The position numbers and the translations under genes were made by a program. Below are positions 12,291 through 23,530 of a stretch of 64,000 nucleotides of DNA, piece after piece (position 1 is the first letter of the stretch; each line of letters begins with the position of its first letter). The notes under the pieces were generated by a model. It saw only the letters and a list, made by a program, of their open reading frames with translations, was not told the origin of the DNA and searched no databases. The stretch spans positions 229,896,001-229,960,000 of the forward strand of contig OZ024743.1 of the NCBI GenBank assembly GCA_964016885.1, read 5' to 3'. Source of the stretch: Eledone cirrhosa. Taxonomy: Eukaryota.

Positions 12291-13159
12291 TGTTACTTGT
12301 TTTATATGGAGAAAAGTGGCTCGAAACGCCAGGTTTTTAGAGAAGTAATTTGATTGGTTGGTCAACAAGTATAATAAATTTGGCGCCAGTTTGTGTTACA
12401 AAGATCTTCAAACAAGGGGGGGGGGGGCTCAGGTTGTTTTTTCAAATATGAGTGAAGTTTGGTTGGTTGATGCAGTCACGCTTTCGTGTCAGTTTGTTTG
12501 AATTCCTTTTTACTTAAAAACAGGGGCTCACGAAGGCTTTTTTTAAAAATATAATTTGATTGGTTATAAATGAAATTATGGTTGTCACGTGAACAAGTTC
12601 ATTAAATTTCGCGCCCGTATTTAGGAATTTAATTTGTAGCCTTTTAGAGAATTTTATGACAAACACATATATATATTTATATATATATATATATAGTAAT
12701 AATAACAATACGTATACTTATATATGTTTAATATACAATTATATATATGGAGGCTAGTACTAAGTACAAGCCGGTTACCGGTATGACAAAAGGGTCAATG
12801 CAAATTATCAAGTGTTTTACAACGTGTTAAAACAATCAAATCTTAGTTTAATACATTATTTACTGACAATTGGGGATGTCTGGAATCATCGGACCATTTA
12901 TCAACAAATAAATGTATTAAACTAAGAAACAATTTTCAGCAAATAAATGTATAAAACTGGGTGGTTACAAATTAAAAAGTAATTAAACGAAAGGTGCGAT
13001 GGCTCTGGATGATCCAAGTATTTGGAAGCTATTAAGATCCTGTCTGTAAATCAACTTGGTGTAAGCAATGAATCTGAGAAGTACCCAACGAATTATATTC
13101 ATTCTTGAATTTAGTCAATTTTGAACGGTCAATTTAAGACATGTGTAAAATAATGATTT

Positions 13160-13350
13160 CTAGTATAGGCTCAAGGCCACTAATTTGGTGGGAGGCACAG
13201 TCGATTAAATCTACCCCAGTACGTTACTGGTGTTCTATTTTATCGACCCCGTAAGGAGGAAAGGCAGTATTTGGACTCAAATCGTAAAGGGCCGTAACTC
13301 TATGCTGCAAAGAAAGTTGTCCGACACTCCACCGATACTGCCAATCCGCC
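13160..13350 (-). mobile_element. Meta-domain-like tRNA SINE
   Basis: TTTTATCGACCCCGTAAGGA core with a tRNA-like head near 13350. Confidence 0.7.
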
Positions 13351-13405
13351 GCCCTCCACATGGGTAAAATGAGGCGTAAATCTCTCTCCTCTCTCTGTAT
13401 ATATG

Positions 13406-13441
<36 letters not shown>

Positions 13442-13444
<3 letters not shown>

Positions 13445-14779
13445 ATAATAATAAAATTGAAGACTAAAATCCAAAGAGGGCTCGATAAGGAAAATATATA
13501 TCAAATATATAAGAACCGTAGAGCAAATATTTATTAAAATAACAGATTAAAGTTTAAGCAAACAATCGCTGCTTTCACCCTTAACGGGATCTTCTAAAAC
13601 TAACAAAGTCAATCTGTAAACGCAGAACTAGATATTTCAAAAAACGTTGCAACCGGACGAAGACAGGAAGACGATACTTTGGTTCGTGGTAACGTTCGCG
13701 CAAAGACAGAACCACGTTTATGGTATAAAAGAGGTCGTAGACTAATGTTCTCTTATTGCACAAAACTTTCCTGTATTACAGCCCCACCTTATACCCTAAC
13801 GGATAGCACGACCTATACGTGGATATTTTACGTCTTGATGTGGGAGCTAAGTATATGTTTTGTTTATTCCTTTACTTATTTGCATAGGTAAGTATATATT
13901 ACCCGTATGTTTTGTGAAGGTATGTATACTTTCTCGTACGTATATTTGACTGTTATGGCGTATAATTTTTACATAGTCTGGTATTTAGGGTTTGGCTATG
14001 TGTATACGGGAGTTTTGCGTCTGCGTGAGTATGCAGGTTCGTACGTATGGTGGGTGTGTGTATATGTGTACTTCTTGTTTTAGTTGACTTACGTCTCCGA
14101 ACATTCGTGTATTTATATGTAGGTATGCGTGTGCACTTGTTATATACGTATTTATTTACTTATATACGTTGATATAATTATTTATTTATTTATTTGTACA
14201 CAAGCATACACACACACACACACATATTTATATGTGCGTGGTTTTGTATACCTATGGTAAGGTTTTGCGTATGCTTGTGTATGTACGTATCTGTTTGCAT
14301 GCATGTATTTATTTGTTTCTATTACTTCTGTATTGTATTTATTTACTTTGTTCTTAACTCTGTAGCGGAGATTAATTTTAGTCTACGACTTCTGCTATAC
14401 CATTTACGTGGTTTTGTCTTTGCGTGCTATTGTTCTCCACGCTCCACATATGACTTATTATCTTCGTTTTTTCGTTCATTGCCAGAGAACGTTTCTATGC
14501 ACCACCTAAGAGAACATTAGTCTACGACCTCTTTTATACCATAAACGTGGTTCTGTCTTTGCGCGTAATTGTTTTTCACGTATATTCGTTTTTTCCCGTT
14601 CTTTGCCAGCGAACGTTACCACGAACCAAAGTATCGTCTTCCTGTCTTCCTCCGGTTGCAACGTTTTTTGAAATATCCAGTTCTTCGTTTACAGATTGAC
14701 TTTGTTAGTTTCAGAAGATCCCGTTAAGGGTGAAAGCAGCGATTCTTTGCTTAAACTTTAATCTGTTATTTTAATAAAT
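13442..14779. mobile_element. Second family A Penelope-like insertion with inverted pseudo-LTRs; hammerheads at 13542-13617 (-) and 14691-14766 (+)
   Basis: Same termini and architecture as 1358-3910 with a different truncation point (about 13753). Confidence 0.85.
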
Positions 14780-14799
14780 ATATATATATATATATATAT

Positions 14800-14956
14800 A
14801 TAACGAAGGAAATGTGGTAAGGAACCAGGTGGACCATAACGCACCAAAGTACTCAATACTTAGGGTAGTAGAGTGGGTAATAGGAACAAGTAAGACCCCG
14901 ACGGCTGAGCTCAAGCTGTCGAAACGGCTTGAGCTCAGCCGTCGGGGTCTTACTTG

Positions 14957-14960
<4 letters not shown>
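14800..14960. repeat. Fold-back fragment of family G
   Basis: Homologous to 5555-5750 and 28000-28125; hairpin about 14884-14959. Confidence 0.75.
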
Positions 14961-15043
<83 letters not shown>

Positions 15044-15084
15044 GTGTGTGTGTGTGTGTGTGTGTGCGTGTATATATATATAAT

Positions 15085-15290
15085 CACTCTCAGGGTACTC
15101 TTGAGTGCTAGTGGTAACATGTAAAAAAGGTACAACCTGTCGCATGGTCGGGTCGTCGGCTACTAAACTGGCAACCCCACCAAGTTTACTTGGTGAGGAG
15201 GGTGATTTTGGACACCCTGCAGGACAAAACACGAAACCTGACAAAGGGCGGAAGAACTCATAAGAGTCAACGGCCATCCCAAAATGTGTA
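15085..15290 (+). mobile_element. 5' fragment of the RTE-related non-autonomous element
   Basis: Reverse complement of 42430-42630. Confidence 0.65.
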
Positions 15291-15346
15291 AATATGTATA
15301 TACACATGTACATATGTATATTTATGTATATACGTGTGTATATATG

Positions 15347-16003
15347 CCTGGGGTGTCGGGGAGGGTCATTACCTCTGTAGGGGCAACCTGTTCTGCTTTG
15401 GGTCCCACCTGACACTCAGCTCTCACCTGTGTCCCCAAGAAGCTGTAGCATGCGACAACAGCCACACCACGGAAAACCGCCTTGGCTGGCGGGTCGAACC
15501 AGGTTGAGGGTAGCCGGAGGGGTCTGAAACCCCCCGGTGAATTAGAAAGAGAATGTCTGCCTCTGCACGCGAAGACTGGACCCGGCGGCGACAGCAAGCG
15601 GTGTGGAGCGTTAGGGCACGGCAATGCACTACAGACGTCGTGGCCATCCACTGGAGCCAAGGAAGTCCCTGGTCGTGACGATCCCCCGTACCACCGGATT
15701 CTGCCTTCTGCGGCCGAGTGAGTGGGACCGTCACTGTGCACTGGCCCTCCCACTATAATCCTTTCCCGCACAGGTTTCTTCTTTAGCGTGCTCTCCCAAA
15801 GCCCTGCAGCGATGGGCTAGAGGTGGAGGTAACAGGTGGAGGTAACCTCTGGGAGTTGCCAGTCTGACTCCGGTCTCTTTCCCTGCCCCCACTGTACCCG
15901 GACCTTCAAGTCAAGGATCGGCCTCCACAGCCACCTTCGTGCCCACGGCAGACGGGAACAACAATAAAGAGGATGTCATCATCGTTTACGATGGACAACC
16001 GAG
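15347..16003 (+). mobile_element. Bipartite non-autonomous RTE derivative (5'UTR-like region fused to ORF 3' end)
   Basis: GC-rich UTR-like segment, then FPCPHCTRTFKSRIGLHSHLRAH (C2H2, about 15878-15946), a stop, the RTE-type 3' stem-loop GTCATCATCG..CGATGGAC and a (TA)n tail. Confidence 0.7.
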
Positions 16004-16019
16004 ATATATATATATATAT

Positions 16020-18557
16020 CTAAGGCGGGTAAAATTCCCGAGATCCATGGACGATTTCTCTCCAGCGGTCTCTGTCCCTCATTATCGCTGCCATATCCTG
16101 CATCTCCAACAGACCAGTGTCTGTCCTTAGGGCATCAACATATGTTAACCTTGGTCTTCCTCTTCTAATGTGTCCATGTAAGGGCTCCCAAAGGAGCACT
16201 GAGTGCAATGTCAACTCTGGATGTCGGTGAGCATGTCCAGCCAACCTCAGTCTCCTCTGTGTCACTTTTGAGCTGACTTTTGGGATGCTCCCATACAGCT
16301 CTGAGTTTTTCATCCTCAGTGTATACTGATTAATGTTCAGAGCCATCCTCAGCATTCTCGTGTAGCACCCATCCACCATCTGAGTGAGTCTCTTGGTCAG
16401 TGTCCAAGTCTCAGACCCATACAGCAGCACAGACTCCACTACAGCAATGAAGAGGCGGATTTTCAGGTCTCTACGAAGGTGCGACTTCCACACCGATCTC
16501 AAGCTGTGACACGCCGCCCAGGCCTTGCTCTTCCTCTCAACCACATCATCTTCCGTATTCCCAATCTTTGCTCCCAAATACAGGAAGTCCTCAACCAATT
16601 CCAGCGGCTTCCCGCCTACATTAGTGATCCCCTCTAGCTTCTCAACATTCTCTACCAGATATTTTGTTTTAGTCTCATTCATTCTCAGCCCCACACTCAT
16701 CGACACAGTCTCAACCTCCCGCATCAAATCCTCTGCCTTCTTCACTGTATTTGTCACCAAAACTATGTCGTCGGCAAATTCAGCATCCGATACCTTTTTC
16801 GCCCCAACTCTCCTGCTCTGAGCCGGTGCTACAGTAAAGCCAGTGTCCTGGTGTTTCTCCAGTGCAAGGCGCATACAATAGTCCACTACGATGATAAAAA
16901 GGTAGGGAGCCAATGTATCTCCCTGGAGCACTCCAGCCAGTATCTCAAAGAACTCTGTCATCCCATCAGGTGTAATGACTTGGGCTTTGGTGTTGGTGTA
17001 GAGCAGTGATATCAGGTCCACTATCCTCTTGGGGATTCCATAAGCCTGTAAGATCCTCATCAGGCAGTAACGGTCCACAGAATCAAAGGCCTTCCTAAAG
17101 TCAATGAAAACCATGACCGCAGGAAGGCACTTTGCTCTAGCTCCCTCTAATATCCTCCTCAGCATCAGGATGTGACTGGTGGTTGATCTACCCTCTCTGA
17201 AGCCGTTCTGGTTGTCCCTGAGCTTCTTCTCCATCTCAGGCTGGATCCTGTTAAGAATCATCCTGTTGAGGGTCTTTGCCACAAGTGACGTCAGTGAGAT
17301 CCCCCGGTAGTTGTTGGAGTTAGAGAGATCTCCCTTCTTTGGCACTGGGACGATGTTACTGATCCTCCACTGATTCGGGGCAACTCCTTTCTCCAGTGCC
17401 CCGTTACAGAACCCCAGGATGATATCATCAAAATCACACCTCTTCATCACCTCTGATGCCACTCCATCTTCTCCATGAGCCTTACCCTCCTTGATATTCT
17501 TCTTGGCTCTCTGAAGCTCCTCTCTGGTGAAGGGCTCTGTCTCAACATCCAGTTCCTCAAACAGCCGCCTGATCTCCCCAGTGCTCTGGGCTGTGGAGGG
17601 TGGCTCTCCTAGTAGGGTCCTAAAATGGTCTAGCCATTTCCTCTTCCTATCCTCGGGCCCCGTTCCCTGGATCTGACTCGAACACCTTTTCTTCCTCCCT
17701 GTGATCTCGTCGATGATCATCCAGCTCTCCTTACATCCAGATCTGTCAACCGCTCTCTCCACACTTCTGATCTTCTCTATCAGTGCCTCCTCTCTGACCT
17801 CAGTGTAAGCGGTACAGAGCTCTTCCCTCATCACCTCCACAGTCTCCATCCTCTCCTCCGTAGGATCAGCATAGAATTGGTCCCTGGCAGCTTTCAGGTG
17901 TTCTCTGGCTGCACACACTTTTGGGTTTGCAGAGCTGACGTGCTTCCCTTTGTTCTTTTTCCTCGGCACCAGGGTTTCACTTGCTTTCGCCACTGCATTG
18001 GTGAAGTGCTCGTACCTCCTCGTTACACTCTCCTCAGTCCATCCAATCTCTCTCTCCTCTGACTCTCCACACAGAGCACTAAACCTGTTTCTCACTTCCA
18101 CTGTGAACCTCTCCTGTAGCTTATCATCTTCCTTGAAAGCTCCCCAGTCATAGATTGTTCTCCGGGGCTGAGCCTTGCTCTTTCTTAAGCTCACGCGGAC
18201 CTCACTCATAACAAGCCGGTGGTCACTACCCAGTGTACTGAAATAGCTGTATGGTTCCGTGTTCAGAACACTATTCCGCCACTTTTTCCTCACCAGAATG
18301 AAATCAATCTGGGACTTGGACAGGTGCATATCTGAGATGTAGGTCCACATCTTCCCCAGATTCTTCCTAAACCTTAGGTTGGTCGCCATCAAGTTCGCCT
18401 CCAGCAGGGTGTCTCTCAGTAGTCTTCCATTTCGGTTGGTGTTGTTATGGAAGTACCAGCAAGGATCTTCACTGCCCTCCTTACTCAGATGTGCATTGAA
18501 GTCTCCCAAAACAAGCAGGATATTGTGTGCCTGAATGGTGTTGACAGCACTGCACAC
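16020..18557 (-). CDS. RTE ORF: APE endonuclease (C-terminal part) and reverse transcriptase, 845 aa
   Basis: LGDFNAH, QIDFIL, SDHRLV, NYRGISL, QNGFR, FIDFRKAFDSV, GVLQGDTLAPYLF, FADD, FLYLG. Confidence 0.92.
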   Translation of the reverse strand: MCSAVNTIQAHNILLVLGDFNAHLSKEGSEDPCWYFHNNTNRNGRLLRDTLLEANLMATNLRFRKNLGKMWTYISDMHLSKSQIDFILVRKKWRNSVLNTEPYSYFSTLGSDHRLVMSEVRVSLRKSKAQPRRTIYDWGAFKEDDKLQERFTVEVRNRFSALCGESEEREIGWTEESVTRRYEHFTNAVAKASETLVPRKKNKGKHVSSANPKVCAAREHLKAARDQFYADPTEERMETVEVMREELCTAYTEVREEALIEKIRSVERAVDRSGCKESWMIIDEITGRKKRCSSQIQGTGPEDRKRKWLDHFRTLLGEPPSTAQSTGEIRRLFEELDVETEPFTREELQRAKKNIKEGKAHGEDGVASEVMKRCDFDDIILGFCNGALEKGVAPNQWRISNIVPVPKKGDLSNSNNYRGISLTSLVAKTLNRMILNRIQPEMEKKLRDNQNGFREGRSTTSHILMLRRILEGARAKCLPAVMVFIDFRKAFDSVDRYCLMRILQAYGIPKRIVDLISLLYTNTKAQVITPDGMTEFFEILAGVLQGDTLAPYLFIIVVDYCMRLALEKHQDTGFTVAPAQSRRVGAKKVSDAEFADDIVLVTNTVKKAEDLMREVETVSMSVGLRMNETKTKYLVENVEKLEGITNVGGKPLELVEDFLYLGAKIGNTEDDVVERKSKAWAACHSLRSVWKSHLRRDLKIRLFIAVVESVLLYGSETWTLTKRLTQMVDGCYTRMLRMALNINQYTLRMKNSELYGSIPKVSSKVTQRRLRLAGHAHRHPELTLHSVLLWEPLHGHIRRGRPRLTYVDALRTDTGLLEMQDMAAIMRDRDRWREIVHGSREFYPP

Positions 18558-18840
18558 CTCCTCATGGAACTCCTAGGCATTCACATCACTGTCCCCCTCG
18601 GTTGGACTATAGGCTGAGATGACTGTCAGTCTTGGGTTTCCATTGAAGGTCACCCTCAACACTCGCGGGGAGATAGGCATTATTTCCCTCACCAACAGAT
18701 TGGTTTTTGCACTGAACACAAAACCCACTCCTCCTACTGCAGCATTTGTTGTGTTCTTCACTGCCGATGTAGTGATGAGCTGGCTCTTCCTCCCGATCAT
18801 CACACTCCTCACGGGCTCATCGTGTAGACTCCTGTGTTCT
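16020..18840 (-). mobile_element. Near-intact, 5'-truncated RTE-clade LINE
   Basis: Continuous frame from the EHR motif to the stop, with one in-frame TAG at 18573-18575; both ends abut (TA)n. Confidence 0.93.
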
Positions 18841-18890
18841 ATATATATATATATATAAATATACACACACATATATATATATATATATAT

Positions 18891-20432
18891 GTAACCACGG
18901 AAGTATAGTGACTGCTTTCAAGCAAACACTATATACACTTCTAGTCAACCTTACCACCCCTCTGTAGCCTCTGTATCATATTAATATCCCCCTCCGCCTT
19001 CTGAGATATTTTTCACTGCTACAAGGGATTAATCCCCTTTCTTGACCGGTGTATCAGGTGATAGAGTCTCCCTCCGCCTTTCTGAGATTTTCTCGCATGC
19101 TACGGACGTATGTAGTTAGGGCTCTTCCCTGAGGTGCTCCCTTGATAAGCTGGCTTACCTCACAACAATGTTACATATCTTTGATATAACATTCTTGCAT
19201 AGTGACCAGCTAAACTGTACAGTCGGGACGAAGGTAAAATAGGTATATATTGTGTCTAATATTCCTTCTTTTTTTTTAATAATATTTTACATAACTTTGA
19301 TATTGTGTCAATTTAATTATTTCGATTATCTTGTCTCTCATAATCATAGAGCAACACTGGTTAAGGTCGACAACATAAATATATGATTATATATACATGT
19401 ATATGTATGTATGCACATATATCTGTATACCTCTCAAAATCCCGCCGAGGTTAACTTTGCCTTTCATCCTTATGGGGTCGATAAATTAAAGTACCACTAA
19501 TACACTGGGTAATTTCTGGCCTTGTGACAAAAGTAGAAACAATTATTGCCTCTAACTCCCTAAATTGGTGGATTGGCAGTACCGGTAGAGGGTCGTGCGC
19601 CATGCTTTGACGCATAGAATTACGGCCCTTGCCATTCTGAGTTCAAATCCCGCCTAAGTTAACTTTGCCTTTCATCCTTACGGGGTCGATAGAATAAAGT
19701 ACCAGTAATGCACTTGGTAATTGCTGGCCTTGTGCCAAAAGTAGAAACAATTATTGTCTCTAACTCACTCACGGTAGAGTAACCACGGAAGTATAGTGAC
19801 TGCTTTCAAGTAAAACTCTCAAAAAGGCGGAGTGAGACTCTATCACCTGATACAGCGGTCAAGAAAGGGGATTAATCCCTTGTAGCAGTGAAAAATATCT
19901 CAGAAGGCGGAGGGTGATATTAATATGATACAGAGGCTACAGAGGGGTGGTAAGGTTGACTAGAAGTGTATATAATTGTTTCTACTTTAGGCACAAGGCC
20001 AGCAATTACCCAGTGCATTACTAAAATAAAGTACCAGTAATGCACTGGTTAATTGCTGGCCTTGTGCCTAAAGTAGAAACAATTATATACACTTCTATTC
20101 AACCTTACCACCCCTCTGTAGCCTCTGTATCATATTAATATCACCTTCCGCCTTCTGAGATATTTTTCACTGCTACAAGGGATTAATCGCCTTTCTTGAC
20201 CGCTGTATCAGGTAATAGAGTCTCCCTCCGCCTTTTTGAGATTTTCTCGCATGCTACGGACGCATGTAGTTAGGGTTCTTCCCTGAGGTGCTCCCTTGAT
20301 AAGCTGGCTTACCTCACAACAATGTTACATATCTATGATATAGCATTTTTGCATAGTGACCAGCTAAACTGTACAGTCGGGACGAAGGTAAAATAGGTAT
20401 ATATTGTGTCTAATATTCCTTCTTATTTTATA

Positions 20433-20440
<8 letters not shown>
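18891..20440. mobile_element. Family E direct plus inverted repeat element interleaved with SINE copies
   Basis: About 18931-19290 recurs at about 20085-20440 (offset 1154); about 19815-19975 is an inverted copy; SINE pieces lie at 19435-19760 and 19975-20085. Confidence 0.75.
19138..19228 (+). ncRNA. Hammerhead-like fold, family E (U3:A8, G12U); second copy at 20292-20382
   Basis: TCCC-TTGATAA-GCTGG...CCAGC-TAAA-CTGTACAG-TC-GGGA. Confidence 0.65.
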
Positions 20441-20472
<32 letters not shown>

Positions 20473-21092
20473 TTATTAGTTAATCATGGAGAGGTACTAA
20501 AGTTTCATAGAGTTGCTTAAACAAACCAATGAAACTTACCTACCTATACATCGCACGTGAAACTAGACGGTAGAAGCATTTTGTTTACTCCCTAACGGTG
20601 AAAAATGAATCTATAGTTGCTCCGTGTTATGACGGTATGGGAATGAACGAAAAGTGTCTTAACATTTAATGTTGCACATAAAGAAAATATGGAATATTTT
20701 AACACATGTACTACGTGGAAGGTCTAAATATTTCGGTGACTATTCACCGAGGCAACCGCTGACGAGCCCAGACTCAATAGATATCAGTTGTTTGTATATA
20801 CATTGAGAAGGAAAAGACAAGGAAGGAAGTTGTCAGTTTATACATCAACGGAAAGGAATAAGTTAGAAATCTGATTGTGCGTATATGTGTAACTGTGTGT
20901 GTCATATTTATTTTCTGGAATTTTACACTAGCAATTTTGATAGGAATATAGACTATATTTTCTTCACCTCAGAAACTTAGCTATTAATTTTAAAGACAGC
21001 CTTAATCATAGAGACTCGTGTTGTCAATTGGAGTATGCAACCCGTCAAGTGAATCATCCGAGAGATAGATAGAGGGAGAGAAAGAGAGAGAG

Positions 21093-21168
<76 letters not shown>

Positions 21169-21365
21169 TAATTAATACTTCTTCTAGCTCTACGGATGTC
21201 TTATCATTACTCTAAGTTTATTTATTCGTGACTCATGCAAATGTTTATAAATATTTAATTTCAATAAAGAAAGAAATGCCACAACTGGGTTGATATGTTA
21301 CAATTATTAAATAAGTTTGAACAATTATCATATCGTAACATATCAACAATACAATCACACAGCTA

Positions 21366-21415
<50 letters not shown>

Positions 21416-21422
<7 letters not shown>

Positions 21423-22271
21423 TAATTTAATATATCAACTAACATAGGCGCACAGATGTACGTCCATGCCAGCAAATACACAGGTTATGTCATAGTACCT
21501 AGGTGGTTCAATGCAGGAAGGTGCAGAACAATAATATAAAAGACGTAAAATAAGAAAATATCTTTTAAAAAAATTTTAAAAAAATTTTTTACTTACTTAC
21601 TTAAGTAAGTAAGTAAAAAATTTTTTTAAAATTTTTAAAAAATTTTTTACTTACTTAAGTAAGTAAGTAAAAAATTTTTAAAAAATTTTTTTAAAAGATA
21701 TTTTCTTATTTTACGTCTTTTATATTATTGTTCTGCACCCTCCTGCATTGAACCACCTAGGTACTATGACATAACCTGTGTATTTGCTGGCATGGACGTA
21801 CATCTGTGCGCCTATGTTAGTTGATATATTAAATTATCTATATTTATCTCCAAATCACTGATTTGTCGAGCAAACCTGCCAAAACCACTTCAACATTTTT
21901 TTTTTGGGGTGTTAGTAGGCGTCAGTCATCTTACCATCCCATTCCTTCTAACTGGCCTCTATGTCACGTGATTGATTCTTTAGAATCGGCCATTTGACTG
22001 GAAGCAGTGAGAATTTCAGTACATAGAATCCAGTCCTCGACTAGCTGTTCTTTCTACTGAATTATTATTTTTATATGAGCCGCCAGTGTCCGCGCATTGC
22101 CTGTAGGCTCAGCTGAGAATAGACTCCCTGATGACGCAATGAATTCTCGACAGTTGGATTATGTAACTGTCTTTATCCCATTGCAGAAACTAATTAGTTG
22201 GAGTGAAAATTTAAGTAAGTAAGTAAAAAAATTTTTTAAAATTTTTTTAAAAGATATTTTCTTATTTTACG

Positions 22272-22277
<6 letters not shown>
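21416..22277. mobile_element. Family F element: about 420-bp palindrome plus about 555-bp partial tandem unit with hammerhead
   Basis: 21416-21600 is the reverse complement of about 21657-21843; the AAGTAAGTAAG..TTACGTCTTTTAT block recurs at about 22213-22279. Confidence 0.8.
22123..22204 (+). ncRNA. Type I hammerhead with canonical core and branched stem II, family F
   Basis: ACTCC-CTGATGA-C(GCAATG..GACAGTT/AACTGTC..CATTGC)A-GAAA-CTAATTAG-TT-GGAGT. Confidence 0.85.
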
Positions 22278-22303
<26 letters not shown>

Positions 22304-22336
22304 GTAACCCATTTGCAACTCCGCAGCGCCCTTATT

Positions 22337-22397
<61 letters not shown>

Positions 22398-22985
22398 TAT
22401 TATATATTATATATATACTACTTCTTACATAATATTTTATGCCATAAGGATAACCTGAATAAAGGTATAGTAAGAAAGAAATAGTAGCAGCTGTAAAAGA
22501 AGACGACGATAACAAAGAAGAAGAAGAAGAAGAAGAAGAAGAAGAAGAAGAAGAAGAAACGAGGAGAACATGAAAACAACGAAGATGACAAAAAAGAAAA
22601 GGAAATAAATTTGACGATTACTTATATTTAATATATAAAAATATCGATAGCAACAACAACAATAATAATAATAATAACATTAATACAATATAATCGTACT
22701 TTTATTTCATATTATATTTTCAAAAGAAGATTTATTAGATGTCTCCTGAATGTTTTATATATATTATATATATTATTTTCGTTATGCATATTATTTATAT
22801 TGAAAATTTTATTCACTCGTTAACGTTCTTGCTCTGGTATCCTTTTTCTTTATTCCTTTCATGTTTTGGTTCTATAATTTTTATTTTTTACAGCAGAGAC
22901 AAAAATATTAAAATATTACAAAATCCTAAGAATTTCTTCTTCTTTGCCCCCTTCTTCTTATTATTATTATCGTCATTTTATTATA

Positions 22986-23027
<42 letters not shown>

Positions 23028-23363
23028 AGTATTATCATTATTGGTTTTTAATAAAATATATATAATTTTCCCAGTAAACATACACAAAAGAAAGAATACC
23101 TATTCGAACATTTACTTTAATTCTCCTCTTATGCAGAAGATTGAAGACAAAAACGCGATTAAAAATTGAAAGCGTAAGGTCGAGAGATTGAAAGAAAGGC
23201 TTGATTGAAGAGTTGATGTTGTTATTGTTGTGGTTGCTGTCATCATAGTTGTTGTTTTTAAATACAGAGAGATTTGTGGGTTTTACACAAATTCTAAGAT
23301 GAAACGAAAAAACAAGAACACAAATATATCGATCGTTTCAATCCGTCTGTGTGTATTAGTATG

Positions 23364-23395
<32 letters not shown>

Positions 23396-23495
23396 TGTAT
23401 GTATGTATGTATGTATGTATGTATGTATGTATGTATGTATGTGTATGTATGTACGTATGTATATATATATATATATATATATAAAAACATACACG

Positions 23496-23530
<35 letters not shown>

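Noticed and set aside
15322-15771. GC-rich ORFs of 79-149 aa
   Set aside because: Expected by chance in a GC-rich UTR-like segment; no domain seen.
16525-18858. Plus-strand ORFs overlapping the RTE
   Set aside because: Antisense shadows of the RT/APE frame.
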